Shown: positions 1 through 14,014 of the stretch, in pieces
Layout: every line of letters begins with the position of its first letter
How positions within the stretch are numbered: position 1 is the first letter of the stretch
Assembly: GCA_043228905.1 (NCBI GenBank)
Contig: JBHGNT010000015.1
Coordinates: 18,166,001 to 18,230,000, forward strand
Origin: Azolla caroliniana
Lineage: Eukaryota; Plantae; Polypodiophyta
DNA length: 64,000 nucleotides
Reading direction: 5' to 3'
Translations under genes and position numbers: made by a program
The notes under the pieces: generated by a model
Told to the model about the DNA's origin: nothing
Database searches by the model: none
Seen by the model: only the letters and a program-made list of their open reading frames with translations

Positions 1-1062
1 AAGTCCGAACAAAATCTTCGACAAATTGTCGCATATGGGGCTACCAGAAGGATCCTTGTACTAAATCTAGTGTTTTAGTACTACCAAAATTCCCAAGTGT
101 GTATGTGCCATGACAGTTTTGGACTTCTTGAAGGCGACAAGTACCATTGGGAACATACAAGAGTTTCTTAAAGAATAGCAATCCATCATGACATTCGAAT
201 TGTCAATAGTCCATACCTGGTTGTTGTTCTATGAACAAGATGCTCGAGAGGGATCAATTTGTGTTAGAATGGCTTGAGCGAAAACATCTGTCTTCAAGTC
301 CTCACGTATGGTATCGATAACGTGGGAATCCAAGGGCATACCGAAGACCTGCGTTGCTTGCAGTCGTGCCGGTCCTAAGATTACTTGCTTTTGGTTATCG
401 AAAGCTGGCTCGCCGGGACGCGGTGCTAGATACGAACGCCGTGATAATGCATCTGCCTTCCCTTGTTACTTCCCCAGACGATATGTGATTTTGAAGTCGA
501 AACGAGTGAGGAATTGGGCCCACTGATCTTGACGTCGATTTAACACACGAGCATTCTGAAAGTAGGCAAGGTTTTTGTGATCATTGAATACGATGACTTG
601 ATGAGAAGACCCCTCTAGAAAATGCCTCCATTGAGTAAAAGAGTCCACTATTGCTAATAGCTCTTTATCGTGAATTTCATAGTTGATTTCCACGGCATCA
701 AACTTGTGTGAATGGAATGCCACAGGATGTAGCTTTTCATCATCGCCTTGTTGAGATAGAATGCTACCCAAGGTGAAATTCGACGCGTCTGCTTTAATGA
801 TGAATGGTTTTTCTGGATCAACATGAGCTAAAATAGGAGCTGATGTAAATGCCTTTTTAAGAATCTCAAAAGCAATGTCCGCTTCTTCAGATCAAACGAA
901 CGATTTTCCCTTCCTGGTAAGTTGTGTGAGAGGCAGAACAAGCTTTGAGTAATCCTATATGAACTTGCGGTATAAATTGACAAAGCCTAAAAAGCATTGC
1001 ACATCTTGCAATGAACGCGGAGTCTACCACTCTACCATCGTTTTGACCTTAGCTGGATCCAT
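1..1062 (-). mobile_element. Ty3/gypsy (chromovirus, Tcn1-like) pol fragment: RT connection, RNase H and start of integrase; decayed
   Basis: ORF 466..771 reads LHPVAFHSHKF..YEIHDKELLAIV..WRHFLEG..DHKNL (Gypsy RNase H). The reverse complement aligns with 22338..23400. Internal stops are present. Confidence 0.9.
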
Positions 1063-2680
1063 CAATCATGATGTTGTTCATCATCAATCAAAGATCTTCA
1101 TAAGAGAAGTGTTAGTTTTGTTCTGCATCTTGACGACCGTTTCCAACATTTGGTATTAGAGCTTGACGTTTTTTTATTTTGTTGGTTGCCATCTTCTTTT
1201 CCTCATCAACAACTCCTCCTTGTTACCCCGTAAAAGTCTTCTGGCTGATTTTGTTTGATAGAATAGACTCTGAGATTCCAATTGGTTTGAAATCTCCCAT
1301 TCGACAACTTCTACTTCCTGAGAAGCAATACCTGGAAAATCAACACTTCACTGAGCTAAATAACTCCTGAAGTAGGCTAGTCAGTTGTACTTCGCCTTTG
1401 TGATTGTAACTGCTTGAAGTGAGGTATTTCCATCGAGTCAACCATAAATCATGCTTCATCATGCTGGACGGCAATCGGTAAGGCCATCCGGCGATACCCA
1501 CGCTCATCGTAAGCACTCGAAGCTGATTCAGTCCCATCAGGCCCTAGGAACAACCCACATCTGTGCTTCATTAAGCTAGAAGACATTCGGGAGGATCAAT
1601 TGGCTCCATCTCTCTCATCGTTGTAGTCACCCAAACCTAGATCACCTTGGAAAACGACACAAAGGTACATAATCTGTGATCAGTCTATAAAATCGGCAAT
1701 CGAAATTAGACTGACAATTAACTGCACTCAATTTGACTAGATGATATTCGGGAAGACTAATCTGCTCTGTCCCTCCACTTGTCATAGTCACTCTGAGAAA
1801 GATTAGGACCCAAATTCCATCTGAAATCCAATCGACAATTAAATTGGCAAATTTAGGTTTAATTTGGCTAAAGTCAATCAACTACAGCCGATTCGACCCA
1901 TCAACAATCGAAGCCGATTCCGCACACAACCCATCAACAATCGAAGCCGATTCAACCCATGTCCAAATCTGACTAGAATGATATAGGGCGAGCCAGTCGA
2001 CAACACCCCACCACTGTTCGTAGTCCACTCCGGACAGAGCTTAGTCAACCGACACCGAATGGCATCAACATTCGGCTCATCTGAGATGATTCTAAGGAAG
2101 TTCGACGGATCGAACTTCAAGTTCTGGAAGGAGCTGATGCAAGACTATCTGATAGTTAAGGGTCAGATTGACCCAATCGAGATTGAAAACGCTCCAAAAG
2201 GATACAACCCGAATGAGTGGACAAAACTAGATAGAATTGTCCGCGCCAACATTCGGATGCACTGGTGGGAGTCAGTGTAGTTCACAATGCAATCATGTTC
2301 GACTACCTTACAACTATGGAAGATACTATCGGACACTTATGGAAAGAAGGTTGCCGCAACAAAGATATACCTAATCCAACGCCTCTACAACCTTCGGATG
2401 AAAGAACCTGACCCAGTCCAAGCACACCTCAATGAGTATGAAAGCCTAAGCTCCCAAAGTTCGGCTCAGGGGACAACAATTGAAGACGAACTAGAAGCAG
2501 TGTTCCTAATGAGTAGTCTCCCCCATTCATGGGAAACTTTCGTCACAACTCTGTGCAATGCATCGACTACTATAGTAAAATACTCCAAAATCATAAGCTC
2601 AATCTTGACTAAAATAGCTAAGAGGAAATCATTTCCAAACAATTCAGCCAGTGATGCCTACGTAGTGCAAGGTTCAGTCG
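1063..2680 (+). mobile_element. Ty1/copia 5' fragment (LTR end, tRNA-Met PBS, gag), Tnt1/Tork-like
   Basis: ..TTCCAACA ends at 1148 and TGGTATTAGAGC (near-canonical Met PBS) lies at 1151-1162. gag ORFs 2059..2280 and 2287..2703 (RKFDGSNFKFWK..MQDYL, LMSSLPHSWETFV) are homologous to 16675..17649. Confidence 0.85.
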
Positions 2681-2699
2681 AGGGGGAAGTTCTTCCCGA

Positions 2700-2860
2700 T
2701 TGACAACAAATCAACGGTAGAAATCCGGGAGGTTGTACCATGTACACTTGTTCCTCAAGTCGCCTTGCAAGAACGCATTCTTTACACCCATCTGATGTAG
2801 ATGCCACCCCTTTTCCGTGGCTACAACCAATGACGATTGTCATCTTAGCGTCCAATGCAA
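2700..2860 (-). mobile_element. Short deleted copia RT remnant
   Basis: Minus-strand ORF contains LEEQVYMVQPPGF, related to the RT at 5740..6222. Confidence 0.6.
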
Positions 2861-2954
2861 ATGTCTCATCTTAATCAATGTCGTGTTGCTGCACGTAGCC
2901 CTTGGCCACCAGTTGGGCTTTGTATTGGTTTACGGAGCTGTCAGTGTTGCAATT

Positions 2955-3959
2955 TGTTAGGAATATGTCCCTCCTATAGGTGCAGCCGACTGGTCGTGCC
3001 GAGTGCCGACAGTCGAAGACATGGAGAGTCAACTGGGGGAGTTGATAGTGGGAGAGTCCAAGTCGAAGACACGACCGACTAGTCGGGCCGACTGGATAGT
3101 CGACACTAGAGTCAACTAGTCGAATCCCATTGTCGTGAGGTAGGAAAGCTTCACATTAAAAGTCTACCATAAGATAAATACATAACTAAAATAAAAAGAA
3201 TCTTGATAGTGTTTTATACATAAGGATCTTATGAACAAAAACACTATGATAATATTATACATTATATGTAGAGGCAAATAAAGAAAAATATTGTATTACA
3301 TGAGGAAAAGAAGACTTGAACCGATAACCTCCACCTTATGAGCCTCAAACCTTACCATTTAGTCAACATTGATGATGCATATAAAAATATTTGTGTTGTT
3401 TTATTTGAACTAGCATTCTATAGTCTAAACAATGTAATGTACTACATGTGCAGCATATAGCACACATGCAAGGGCCACTCTACATGTGTGCCACATGGCC
3501 CACATGTAGAACCATCCCGTTCCTATAAAGGAGAAGGGAGTATAGTCACAGAGATATCAAGGAATCGAAATCGAAGAACTACATTGTATAAGATATCAAT
3601 CAAATAAAATAGAATTATATGGTAAGAAATATCATAAGAAAGGAGACAAGGAGGAAACTTCTTTATATACAATTTTTAAAGATAAGAGAAGAACTAGCTT
3701 GGCAGTTGTGGTGTTCAACTCACAACGAAAGGGCTCGAGGTTTGAGTATTTTTCTCATCGGAAGATAGATTCAGGGAAGATTGTGATCTACTATCAACAA
3801 AGAGAAGAGTGGTTACCGTGTGAGACAAAGTGCAAAGGTTCAACGACCCTCACAACTATTTTGTAACTCTTTCATCTAATAATTATAAATTTCTTACATT
3901 CCCTCAAATATCATGTTACATCCTATCTTGTCATATCTCATTGATCTTTGTTCACTACA
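2955..3959 (+). mobile_element. Probable LTR (solo or partial); right end uncertain
   Basis: Starts TGTTAGGAATATGTCCCTCC, like 62906 TGTTAGGTATTTTGTCCCTC. GTCGAC-rich U3, tRNA-like module at 3312-3368, TATAAA near 3524. No TSD found. Confidence 0.5.
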
Positions 3960-4362
3960 TATCTACTGTTTTCGTCTCTTCCGTCCAAAATCCCAACGAT
4001 TCCTTCCTCACTTTCACGTTACCTTCTATCAGAGCAACGGTATGCTTCTGGGCGAGCCACGCCCTGACACCATCGGTTAAATAACTATTATTGTTATAGT
4101 AGGAATGACAGTAGTAGTGGCTACATTTATAAATAGCCCATATATTGTACAAGTATAAATACACTTAAGGCAATCATATAGAATAAGAAGGTTGAATAGA
4201 ATAGGTGTGTGAGCCTCTGTTGTAGAGTGCGACAGATAAGAGAGAGTGTGTGAGCGTGAGAGAGCGGCAACAAAGTTCTGTGAACTTGCTAAGAACCCTA
4301 AGCGGGTTATCCTTGTGTGTATTAGAGAAGATTGTAATCCTTTTCTGTATTCTCTTGTGTAT

Positions 4363-4814
4363 TGTAAAGAATCGATGGTGATTCTTGTGTAGTAGAAGAG
4401 ATATGTGTTCTGTGTATGTGTGAAAGGAATTAGAGGAGAGATGAGAGAACACAAAATAGATAGAAAAAGGAATACTAGAGAAGAAGGTGTATATTTCACA
4501 AGTAGAATAAGATTTAAAAAATGTAGCATAATCAGGAGTCACAACCGGCATAGTATGAAGTATGAGGAGGGTGCTTTATATAGAGTCACCCTCTCTCTTC
4601 ATTAACTTTACAACAATCACTCTCTCTCTTGGGGAATGTGAAGAATCATAGTCATGGGGAATATGTAACTCATTAGTTATGTGTCATAGAATATGATTCT
4701 ATGACACATAGTTAATGTGTAAAGCGTAGTGGTGTGACTCTTGACCTTTGAGTAATCATGGATTCTCAAAAGGTGTGTTCATACGTTGCACTATGTTGAG
4801 CTTGATTCTCAACA
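4363..4814 (-). repeat. 3' LTR of the copia element (452 bp)
   Basis: TGTAAAG..CTCAACA ends; repeated at 13749-14014 and, inverted, at 41357-41802. Confidence 0.9.
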
Positions 4815-7800
4815 CGCCCCCTCAAGCTCAACTCGTGTTGGTTCCTTTTGATTCGTGTCCGCTTCGACTGGTATCCAGTTCGGACGATCTCCGTTGACCG
4901 CTTCGGCTTGTACCCGGTTCGGACGATATCTAGTTCTCGCTTGTACTCCCCCTCAAGCTTGGCAAGTCAGGAATCGTCAATCCGAGGTCTGACATGAATT
5001 GCCGAAGCTTGTCGGCTCCTAAGGCTTTGGTAATGATTTGTGTTGATGTATTGAAGGTCGACATCTCTGGCTTGTACGCGCTCTCGAATGAAGTGATAGT
5101 GCACTTCAATATGCTTTGTGCGTGGGTGGAACACTGGGTTTCGAGCCAGATATATACTGCTCATGTTGTCGCAGTAAATGGGAGTCGGATCCTTGATGGG
5201 GATGCCCAGATCCTTCAAAATCCTCTTGGGCCATACGACTTCACATGCAGCTACAACTGCGCCCTTGTATTCGATCGGCCTCCGTACTCGAAAGTGCGAC
5301 AATAGGCTGCTTCTTACTACTCCAAGATATTGCTCCGCTATCGAGCGAGAAGACAAATCCGAAGGTCGATCGTCGATCAGGTTTGTAGCCCTGCCCAGTC
5401 CGAGTTTGTGTACTCTTCGAGTCGTATTGGTGTGGTCGATGCATAGAGAACGTTGTAATCCATTGTGTCGCTCACGTATCGTAATACTCACCTAGTGCAA
5501 TCTAAGTGAATGCCACGTGGTTTTTGCATGAATTGGTTAAGGATTCCGACTGGATAGCTAAGATCGGGTCGAGTGATCGTGAGATAGATGAGGCTCCCGA
5601 TAAGTTGACGATATTGGGTCGGCTCGCAGTCGTCTGTGCCGGAGTCAGCATCTAGTTTGAAGTTTTGATCGAGAGGTGTAGCGACTGATTTGCACTCAAC
5701 CATCGGGAACTTGTATAACAAGTTGAGAATGTAGTGCCGTTAAGAGATCATAATGCCGGTCGGAATCCGAATTACTTCGATGCCAAGGAAGTAATGGAGC
5801 TCCTTCATGTCCTTCATCTCGAATTTTCCGGAGAGGAGGGACTTGACCATGTTGATGTCGACTAGAATTTCACCTCCAATGACCAGATCATCCAGGTATA
5901 GGATGATGACAATTAGGCTTCTAGACTCGTGTCGTACGTAGAGGGAGTTGTTGGATTTCGACATTCGAAATCCGATTTGATGAAGATATTGCGTAATCTT
6001 CGAATGCCAAGCACGCGGTGCTTGCTTAAGGCCGTAGAGAGGCTTCTTGAGTTGGCATACGGCTTTTGGATGAATGTGTGATTTGAAGCTAGGTGGTTGT
6101 AACATGTACACCTCGTCTAATTCACCTTGAAGAAAGGCGTTCCAGACGTCCATTTGGTGGAGGTGCCACCCTTTTGCCATTGCAAGTGCGATCACGGTCC
6201 ACACCGTTGTCATCTTTGCCACCGGGGCAAAGGTTTCTTCATAGTCGAATCCATGTGTTTGTGCGTATCCTTTCGGTACGAGTCAAGCTTTATAGTGGTT
6301 GACGGAGCCGTCGGCATTATATTTCACCTTGTAGATCAATCTACAGCCAATTGCCTTCTAGGGCGGTGAGTGGGGAACGAGATCCCATGTCTCGTTCTTG
6401 CGTAGTGCACGCATCTCCTCGTTCATTGCTTCGATCCATCGTGGGTCCTTCGCGGCTTCGGAAAAGGTTTCCGGCTCCCGTACTGTTGCTACCTTCATCA
6501 TAAAGGCATAATGGTACGCCATGTAATTGTTATAGCCGAATCGGCTTACGGGGTTCTTTTCACGGGTGGATCGGCGGAGCTTCTTGTTTGCGGATACTAT
6601 GGGTTTCTCCGCTCCATTTGTCCGGATCTCAAGGCCTTCGAACTCACTATCGAGGGAGTGAGTCGATTCGTTGCCGTCGAAGTGATCGTCTTCCGACTCC
6701 GGCATTTTCGCCTTCCCTTTGTCTAGCTTCGGACTCGGTCAAGGTGTGCTTTGATCGCTTGAAGGCTCTTGTGGTTCGCTCAGTTGGGTCGTGGTCGGAC
6801 TTTCTTGGAACATGCGCGTAAGGCGATATTCGGCTTCTATCTCTATTTCAGCGTATTCCGGGTCGAGCGGAACCAGGATGTGGACTCGTCGAAAATGACG
6901 TCTCGACTTACTCGAGATTTTCGATTTGAGGTATTGTAGCACTTGTACCCCTTTTGCTCCAGTAAGTATCCTACGAGGATACATTTCTCTTACTTCGGGT
7001 CGAGCTTTTGACACTTCTCGTCGGGGAAGTGCACATACGCAATGGAGTTGAATATCCGGATGTGTGATAGATCCGGCTTCTTTCTGAAAAACTTTTCGTG
7101 CGGCGTGAGGTCATGCACGCCAGATGTTGTACACCGATTCATGAGGTATACGGCCGTGTTAGCCGCTTCTGCACAGTATGACTTCGGCACGTGCTTTTTG
7201 TTCATCATGGCCCGTGCTACTTCGAGGATGTGCCAATTCTTTTGTTCGGCCAATCCGATTTGTTGTGGCGTATGTCGACACGAAAACTCTCGCCAAATTC
7301 CTTCTTTCCGTAGATACGCCGTAAACTCATCCAAGAAATGTTCTTTGCTTCCATCTGACCAAAGAAAGCGTACATGTCAGTCCGTGGGTTTCTCGAATTC
7401 ATTCTTGAATTTTTGGAAGTGTCTGAATCGGGTAGATCCAAGTGTGCCTAGAGAAGTCATCGATAAAGGTCACGTAGTATCGACATCCACCGAATGTCGC
7501 CGTCTGAGCCGGACCCCATACATCGGAATGAATTACGTCCAGCACGGCTTTGCTCACCTTGCGCTCCTTTGAAAATGGGTGCCGATGTTGCTTGCCGAAT
7601 TGGTAAGCGGCGCAGACGCCTTCAATCTCTTTCTCCATGAATGTCAGGAGCCCAATCATGACTCCTTTTGATTGCATTGCCTTGAGTTTTTGGAGGTTGA
7701 TATGGCCAATCCGCTTGTGCCATAACTCTATGTTGGAATTGGCTTTCATGCCCTTTGCGAACATGGCCGATTTCATCTTGTGTGATCGAGAATGAACATT

Positions 7801-8964
7801 TGGCCCTCTCTTCGTCCACGAGCAATGAGTTGGCCCTCTTTTTCGATGAAGCAACCGCCTTGATTAAATTGTACTTGCATTCCTTGCTCTACAATTTGGC
7901 CGAAGCAAACCAAACTCTTCGTGATAGTTGGTACATGCAAGACATTTTTAATATAAGTTTGCTTACCTTCTTCTCCGAACGGAACCTTGCCGATGTTCCG
8001 AATCAGGTGCGTAGCATCGTGTCTGGTTTCGACATAGCCGGGTCGGTCCGGCTGTCGAAGTTCTCGGAACCATTCTTGATGTGACATCATATGGTTCGAC
8101 GCACCGGAATCGACGAACCATACGTCTTCCGGACCGGAGGCACTAGTAGAAGTAGAGGCCGACATAAAATTCGCTCTATGTCTCATCACGAACATTCCGC
8201 CGTGATCGTCATAGTCGGATTTGATGGCGTATTTGATGAGTTGTCGGCTAGTGGAAACCGACTCGCGTATCTTCTTATGGCATTCTTCTTTGTGGTAATT
8301 GATTATTCCGAAATATCCGCATTCGACTGAGCTTTGTCGGTTTGGACCGGAATGGAACCTCCCCCTTCTTCCGAAGGTTCCTCAATGGCTTTCGTCTTGA
8401 TGCCGAAATTGCGAGTTGTTTTCGTAAGTCGGGCCTGGTCCGCCTCATCCTTGGCCGAATCGGCCTCTTCTTGCACTGTTGTGTCCTCTTTCTACGTCTG
8501 AATGCGTGTAGAGCATGTGGCCTTCCGAGGCGTTCCTCCTCGTTCGAACATGGTTTTCTTCGACCAACAACAGAGATTGAAGATTGAAGAAGGATGGTGG
8601 ATTCTCCTGTGCTAGTATGGCGGTCTGCATCATGCCGAATCGTGGTGCAAGGTTGCTGAGGCATATTTGCACCATCTCATCCTCGTCGACATTGACGCTT
8701 ATCGAGAAAAGTGAGTCGCAAAGCTCCTTGACCTTCAAGGTGTAGCTTGTGATGAACATATCCCTTTGTTGGATGTTGTTCAACTCTTGTCGGTGTTGAA
8801 GCTTTCTCGCGGTAGTGTTGGCAGCGAAAATCTTTCGTAGATTTTCCCATGCTTCCTTCGGCGTCTCGGCTTCTCGAATGTACCCGAGCATGTGGTGGTG
8901 AACACATGTCGCAAGCAATACATCACTCGGGTTGCCGCTTGCTCCCACGTTGCATAGTCAACGT

Positions 8965-11900
8965 TGTCGCGTTGTTACGCGTGTGCATATAGAAGGGGCG
9001 GGGCCACGGGGGTCTCGGATGAGAGAGGAAGGGATGGCGAGAAACCGACTCCAGACACGTCCCGAAGGCAATCGAACACGAGAGAGAGAGAGAGAGGAAA
9101 GAAAGCATGTGCGCGCGGCACCGACTCTTATGCATAGGAAACAAGGGGCTGTGCTCCTGACACCACCAAATATACCAATATGCACAAACAGTTACGAGTA
9201 TGTATATTACAAGGGAAAGAATACAACCCCGGCTTCGAGCCGGGTACGCTCAGAAGAAGTGAAGTTAACCCTAACAGCTTTGCCGCCATGGACGCGACGC
9301 CCGACTTCTCAAAAAGGAGGAGAAGAAGAAGAACAGGAAGTAACTAACCTTAGAAAACTCTTAACAAAAGACCCTCGACAAAAACGGTATACCCCTATGT
9401 CTCAAAATGGGCAACCCCCTACAAGAGACCCCTCCCTTCCTTTTATAACCCAAGGAGGGAGGAACGTTACAATGTGGGATCAATACTCCCCCTTTATTCT
9501 ATACACCATTTTCCTACTATACATGTGCACATGTTGCACATCACCGACTTGCCCTATTCCACCCCGATTTCACACTATAGCCGGAAATCTTCACAACATC
9601 CACCGCCACCAAACCGCACATCCACCGGTATGTGCCAAGGAAGAAAAAAGGGTGAGAGATTTCGGCGACGGTGATCAACCGGGTCTTTCGCCTTACCAAC
9701 ACTCGACCGTCTCGCCGGCTCCTTGCCAGCCCCGACCCGTCTCTCCATCCGATCCACCACGTCCTCCGCACGCACCTTCTTCTTCGACCGGCCTTCTCGA
9801 ACACCGTTACCGATTCGGTCTCTCTTCCTTCGCCCATGTTGTGCATGCCGCCCCTTTAGTCCTGCTTTGATTTCGGCCCTTGATGGTTACTCGCACTATC
9901 CTTCTTTAGCTCTGGGTGTGCCTTTCCAGCCCGGCACACTGCTTCATGCTCGCCTTGTTGGCGCTTCGGAAACCGTAACCAACCGGTAAAGGCTTCGCAC
10001 CCCGACTACCCCGTCTTGCCGGCTTTCGTTGTTGCCGGGTCCCGTTTCCCGCCGCCACCATCTTCCTCCTTGGTCTTACGTCACCTCGCTGGCTTGTACT
10101 GCCAGGGTCTCCGGATTCGGACTCCATAGGATAGGCTTCCTTTATCCTCATGATCTTGTCGGAAGGTCTATTTCGGTTTGTGGCCGTCTCACCGGCCCGA
10201 TGCCTCCTTGCCGCTCTGCCTTCATCAACTGATCACGTTCTCCTGCCGCCACCGTGGTTTCCTTTAGGGCTCACGCCGGCACTCGGGCCGACCACCGGAT
10301 CGGTGCGAGGATCTCTGTGGGACCTCCCCCTTTGCCGCCTCGGTTGCCCGCCTTGCCGCTGCCACCGTTATTCCCTCTTGGTCTCACGCCAGCTCTCGGG
10401 CCGACCGCCGGAGTGTCTTAGAACCGGTGTGTGTAAGGTCGCGGCAACATCGCTTACCGTTTTCCTCTCGCCTCTTTTGCTGGTCACGTTCACCTACCGC
10501 CACCGATCTCTCCTATAGGACTCACTGCGGCACTCAGGCCGATTGCCGGATTGGTGTGAGGATCTCCGCAAATCGCCCCTCCTTTCCCTTCGCGTTCCCG
10601 CAAACCGCCCCTCGCCGCCACCATTCATCACTCTAGGTCTCACGCCGGCTCTCGGGCCGACCGCCGGAGTCTCTAGAACCGGTGTGAAGGATCCTCCTCG
10701 GACTCATTGTATATCGAACCCTTATCCCGGGTCATCTTTCTCCGCAAGTTGAGAGGGTGGCTTGTTCCACACCCTCCCTCGTGGTACTGTCGTACCGTGT
10801 TCCCGGTCTCTTTGTAGGCCTGCATCTTCTTCCCTTCCGGATCGGTTTTCCAGAAGTCCGCCGCACCCGGTTCTTGTCCGGGTCCGACCGTTACTCCACA
10901 TTGTCGGGTCCCGTTCTCCTGCCGCCACCGTTAGTATCTTGGTCTTATGTCGGATCCGATGCCGATCGCCGGAGTCTCTAGCCCGGTGTGAGGTGACGCA
11001 TAGGACCGGTCTTCGTTCTCCGCTTCGTCGCTTGTACTTCTCCCTCCATCTCTCTTCTCTTCCGGACTTACGTTGCCACGCCATCCGAACTGCCGAAGTC
11101 TCCGGTCAAGATGTGGGGTAACTGATCGCATAACGACTCCTAATGACTCATCCCAGGCCACCGACCCTTTTAGTGGTGTCGGTGGATAGCATCTGCTCTA
11201 GGCTTGATTCTCCAATGTCCGGCTTTCAATTCCCGACCTTCGCCCGGTCGGTCTTTCTCCCCATGTAAAAGAGGGCGGCTCGTTCCGCACCCTCTCCCGT
11301 ATCGGCGCCTTCATGCTGATTCTATCCCTGATCGAACAATCCACGACCGGATCACGCTCCACCTGAATCGGAGCGCCGCGGGGTTCAGTCCCCGGTCAGG
11401 TCGTTTCTTGGTCTCTTCGTCGACCTTCTCCCATCCATCTTCATTGGCATCGTGCTAGGACTCCTCGATACTATCATCCATCTCCTCGGTCTCACGTGGG
11501 CATAAGGGCCCGAATGCTGAGATCTCTGGAATCGGTTCCGAGGGCTTTTGTCCGTTCTTTCCTCGTATCATCTCGCCGGTGATCCTCGGTCTCACGCCAC
11601 CGCCTTCCTCCTCTTGGGACTCACGTGGGCACTCAGGCCCAACTGCCATCATCTCGGGAGCAAGTGTGGGAAGACGCGAAGAATCGCCTATCCATTTTAT
11701 GCCCATGTATGTAGCCACCTGTTCCTCATGGTCGGTGGACGTTCCCTTACCGATCGCACAAGCCCCACCTGGGCTTGCTTCTCCAATGTCCGGAGCCTCG
11801 GGCCGTCGTGCCTGAAACCGCCGGTCCCAATGTTCCGATTCTACGATCTGTATCTCGTCCTTGTCCTCGGCCGTTCTATCTCTGCTATCCGAGAGGGCGT

Positions 11901-13426
11901 TTTGTTCCACACCCTCTCCCATGGTACCATCGTACCGATCTTCTGCTATCTCGTGGGGCAAGTTCGTCTCCTCGGCGTCGTCTCATGGCCTCGATCTTTC
12001 CTCTTCCTCAAGCATTGCCTCGAGAGCTGCGTACGCCTCCGCAATCCTGGCCCCGAAGCCAAGCCTTGCCGACTCTCTTTGTCGTTCGGCCTCTTCCCGC
12101 TGTGATGGCACGCCGTCGCACGCCTTCCTCTTAGCCTTCTCGGCTCACTCATCATCTAGCCGTTGGCATACCCTTCCAACCTTCGACCAATCCTCCGTAA
12201 GGCCATTCGCTCCGTGCTCGTCTTTGAGCTGAATCCCGATGGCCTCCCGTTCTGCTCGGTCGATTGACCTAACGAACAACAAGACTTTGTCCGCCCCCAC
12301 CAACCTTGCTCACGCTCCGGGAGCCGAGCAAGCCGCCGCTCGAACTCTCGGAACGCTTTCATTGCTCCCTGGTAGGCCTTCACCGATGCCACCCACTGGT
12401 CGAAGCCGCGTCATCCCCGGCTCTTCCATTGTCCTCTATATGCCTGTAGCAGCGCCTCTTCGAAGGCCTCCCACGAACTATGAGCTTCTCGGAGCTCCTT
12501 CACTTCTGCCTGCATACGGACGGAGACGACCCGACAGAAGAACTCTAGCCTCAATGCCTCGTCTACGTTTCGCTCCTCCATTTCTGCATTGTAGGCTTCC
12601 AAGTAGAATGGGACTTTGTCCCCGTTGAAACGGCCGACTCTTTCGACCACTCGCTCAACCGCTTGCTGCACCGTCTCTCTTCTTGTTGTTGCTCGTCCAA
12701 ACTCCCTGACCGCCTCGACGAAAAGTTGCCTGAAGTCGTCTTCTTCCAACTCCATTCTCCCTTGCCGAACTTCACATCAGGTTCACCAAAGATGTCGCGT
12801 TGTTAGGCGCGTGCGTGTAGAAGGGGCAGGGCCACAGGGGTCTTGAACGAGGGAGGAAGGGATGTCGAGAAACTGACTCCGGACACGTCCCGGAGGCAAC
12901 CAAACATTAGAGAGAGAGAGAGAGGAAAGAAAGCATGCGCGCATGACACCGACTCTTATGCACAGGAAACAAGGGGCTGTGCTCCCGACACCACCAAATA
13001 CACCAATATGCACAAACAGTTACGAGTATGTATATTACAAGGGAAAGAATACAACCCCAGCTTCGAGCCGGGTACGCTCAGAAGAAGCGAAGTTAACCCT
13101 AATAGCTTTGCTGCCATGGCCGTGGCGCCCAACTTCTCAAAAAGGAGAAGAAGAAAAAGAACAGGAAGTAGCTAACCCTAGGAAACTCTTAACAAAAGAC
13201 CCTCGACAAAAACGGTATACCCCTATGACTCAAAATGGGCAACCCCATACAAGAGACCCCTCCCTTCCTTTTATAGCCCAAGGAGAGAGGAATGTTACAA
13301 TGTGGGATCAATACTCCCCCTTTATTCTATACATTGTTTTCCTACTATACATGTGCACATGTTGCACACCACTGACTTGCCCTATTGCACCCCGGTTTCA
13401 CACTATAGCCGGAAATCTTCACGACA
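8965..13426 (-). mobile_element. Non-autonomous Gypsy-type LTR element (gag-like ORF only, no pol detected), tRNA-Trp PBS, 4-bp TSD ACGT
   Basis: 634-bp LTRs at 8965-9598 and 12793-13426. TSD ACGT at 8961-64 and 13427-30. Minus-strand PBS TGGTGAACCTGATGTGAA at 12771-12788. gag-like ORF 12411..12755 (VERVGRFNGDKVPFYLEAY..SWEAFEEALL). Degenerate GC-rich internal repeats at about 10240-10700. Confidence 0.9.
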
Positions 13427-14014
13427 ACGTCTTCCGGGTCAGGTTGGTTTTCTTGTGCTCCCTTGATGTAACCCCAATAGCCTTGGCAGACAAGGTATTG
13501 GTGCATCTTGTACTCCCAAGATGCAAAGTTGTTTCACTCCAACTTCTCGCTAGGGAGAGCTCTCACCATTTGAGTATTCATTGTCGATTAAGCTTCCTTT
13601 CTTCTTTTCCTTCTCTCTCGAACATGAGCTATGTAGTGGTAGTACGAAAGCGATGAGCTGGTTCTTCTTGAACGTCGGCGTAGAGCACAACACACGATCA
13701 CGATGAGGTGAGTGGGCTAGATCGAGCTACCAAATTGCTTTGATACCATGTAAAGAATCGATGGTGATTCTTGTGTAGCGGAAGAGATGTGTGTTATGTG
13801 TATGTGTGAAAGGAATTAGAGGAGAGATGAGAGAACACAAGATAGATAGAAAAAGGAATACTCAAGAAGAAGGTGTATATTTCACAAGTAAATAAGAATT
13901 ACAAAATGTAGCATAATAAGGAGTCACAACCAACTTAGTATGAAGTATGAGGAGGATGCTTTATATAGAGTCGCCCTCTCTCTTCATTAACTTTACAACA
14001 ACCACTCTCACTCT

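Larger units (their letters stand above)
4363..14014 (-). mobile_element. Ty1/copia element, near full length but frameshifted; interrupted in gag by the element at 8965-13426; 5' LTR truncated
   Basis: 3' LTR 4363-4814 with PPT at 4815-4826. 5' LTR remnant 13749-14014 and PBS TGGTATCAAAGC at 13737-13748. Minus-strand ORFs in copia order: gag (8445..8948), PR WFVDSGAS (7773..8195), integrase (6990..7854), RT (5740..6222; LKKPLYGLKQAPRAW, LYLDD), RNase H (RTKHIEVHYHFIRE). Confidence 0.92.

Noticed and set aside
8932-9870. 312-aa ORF and its 237-aa copy at 12943..13656
   Set aside because: Antisense to and within the twin LTRs; no domain recognised; the second copy has a stop near 12844. The similarity reflects LTR duplication.
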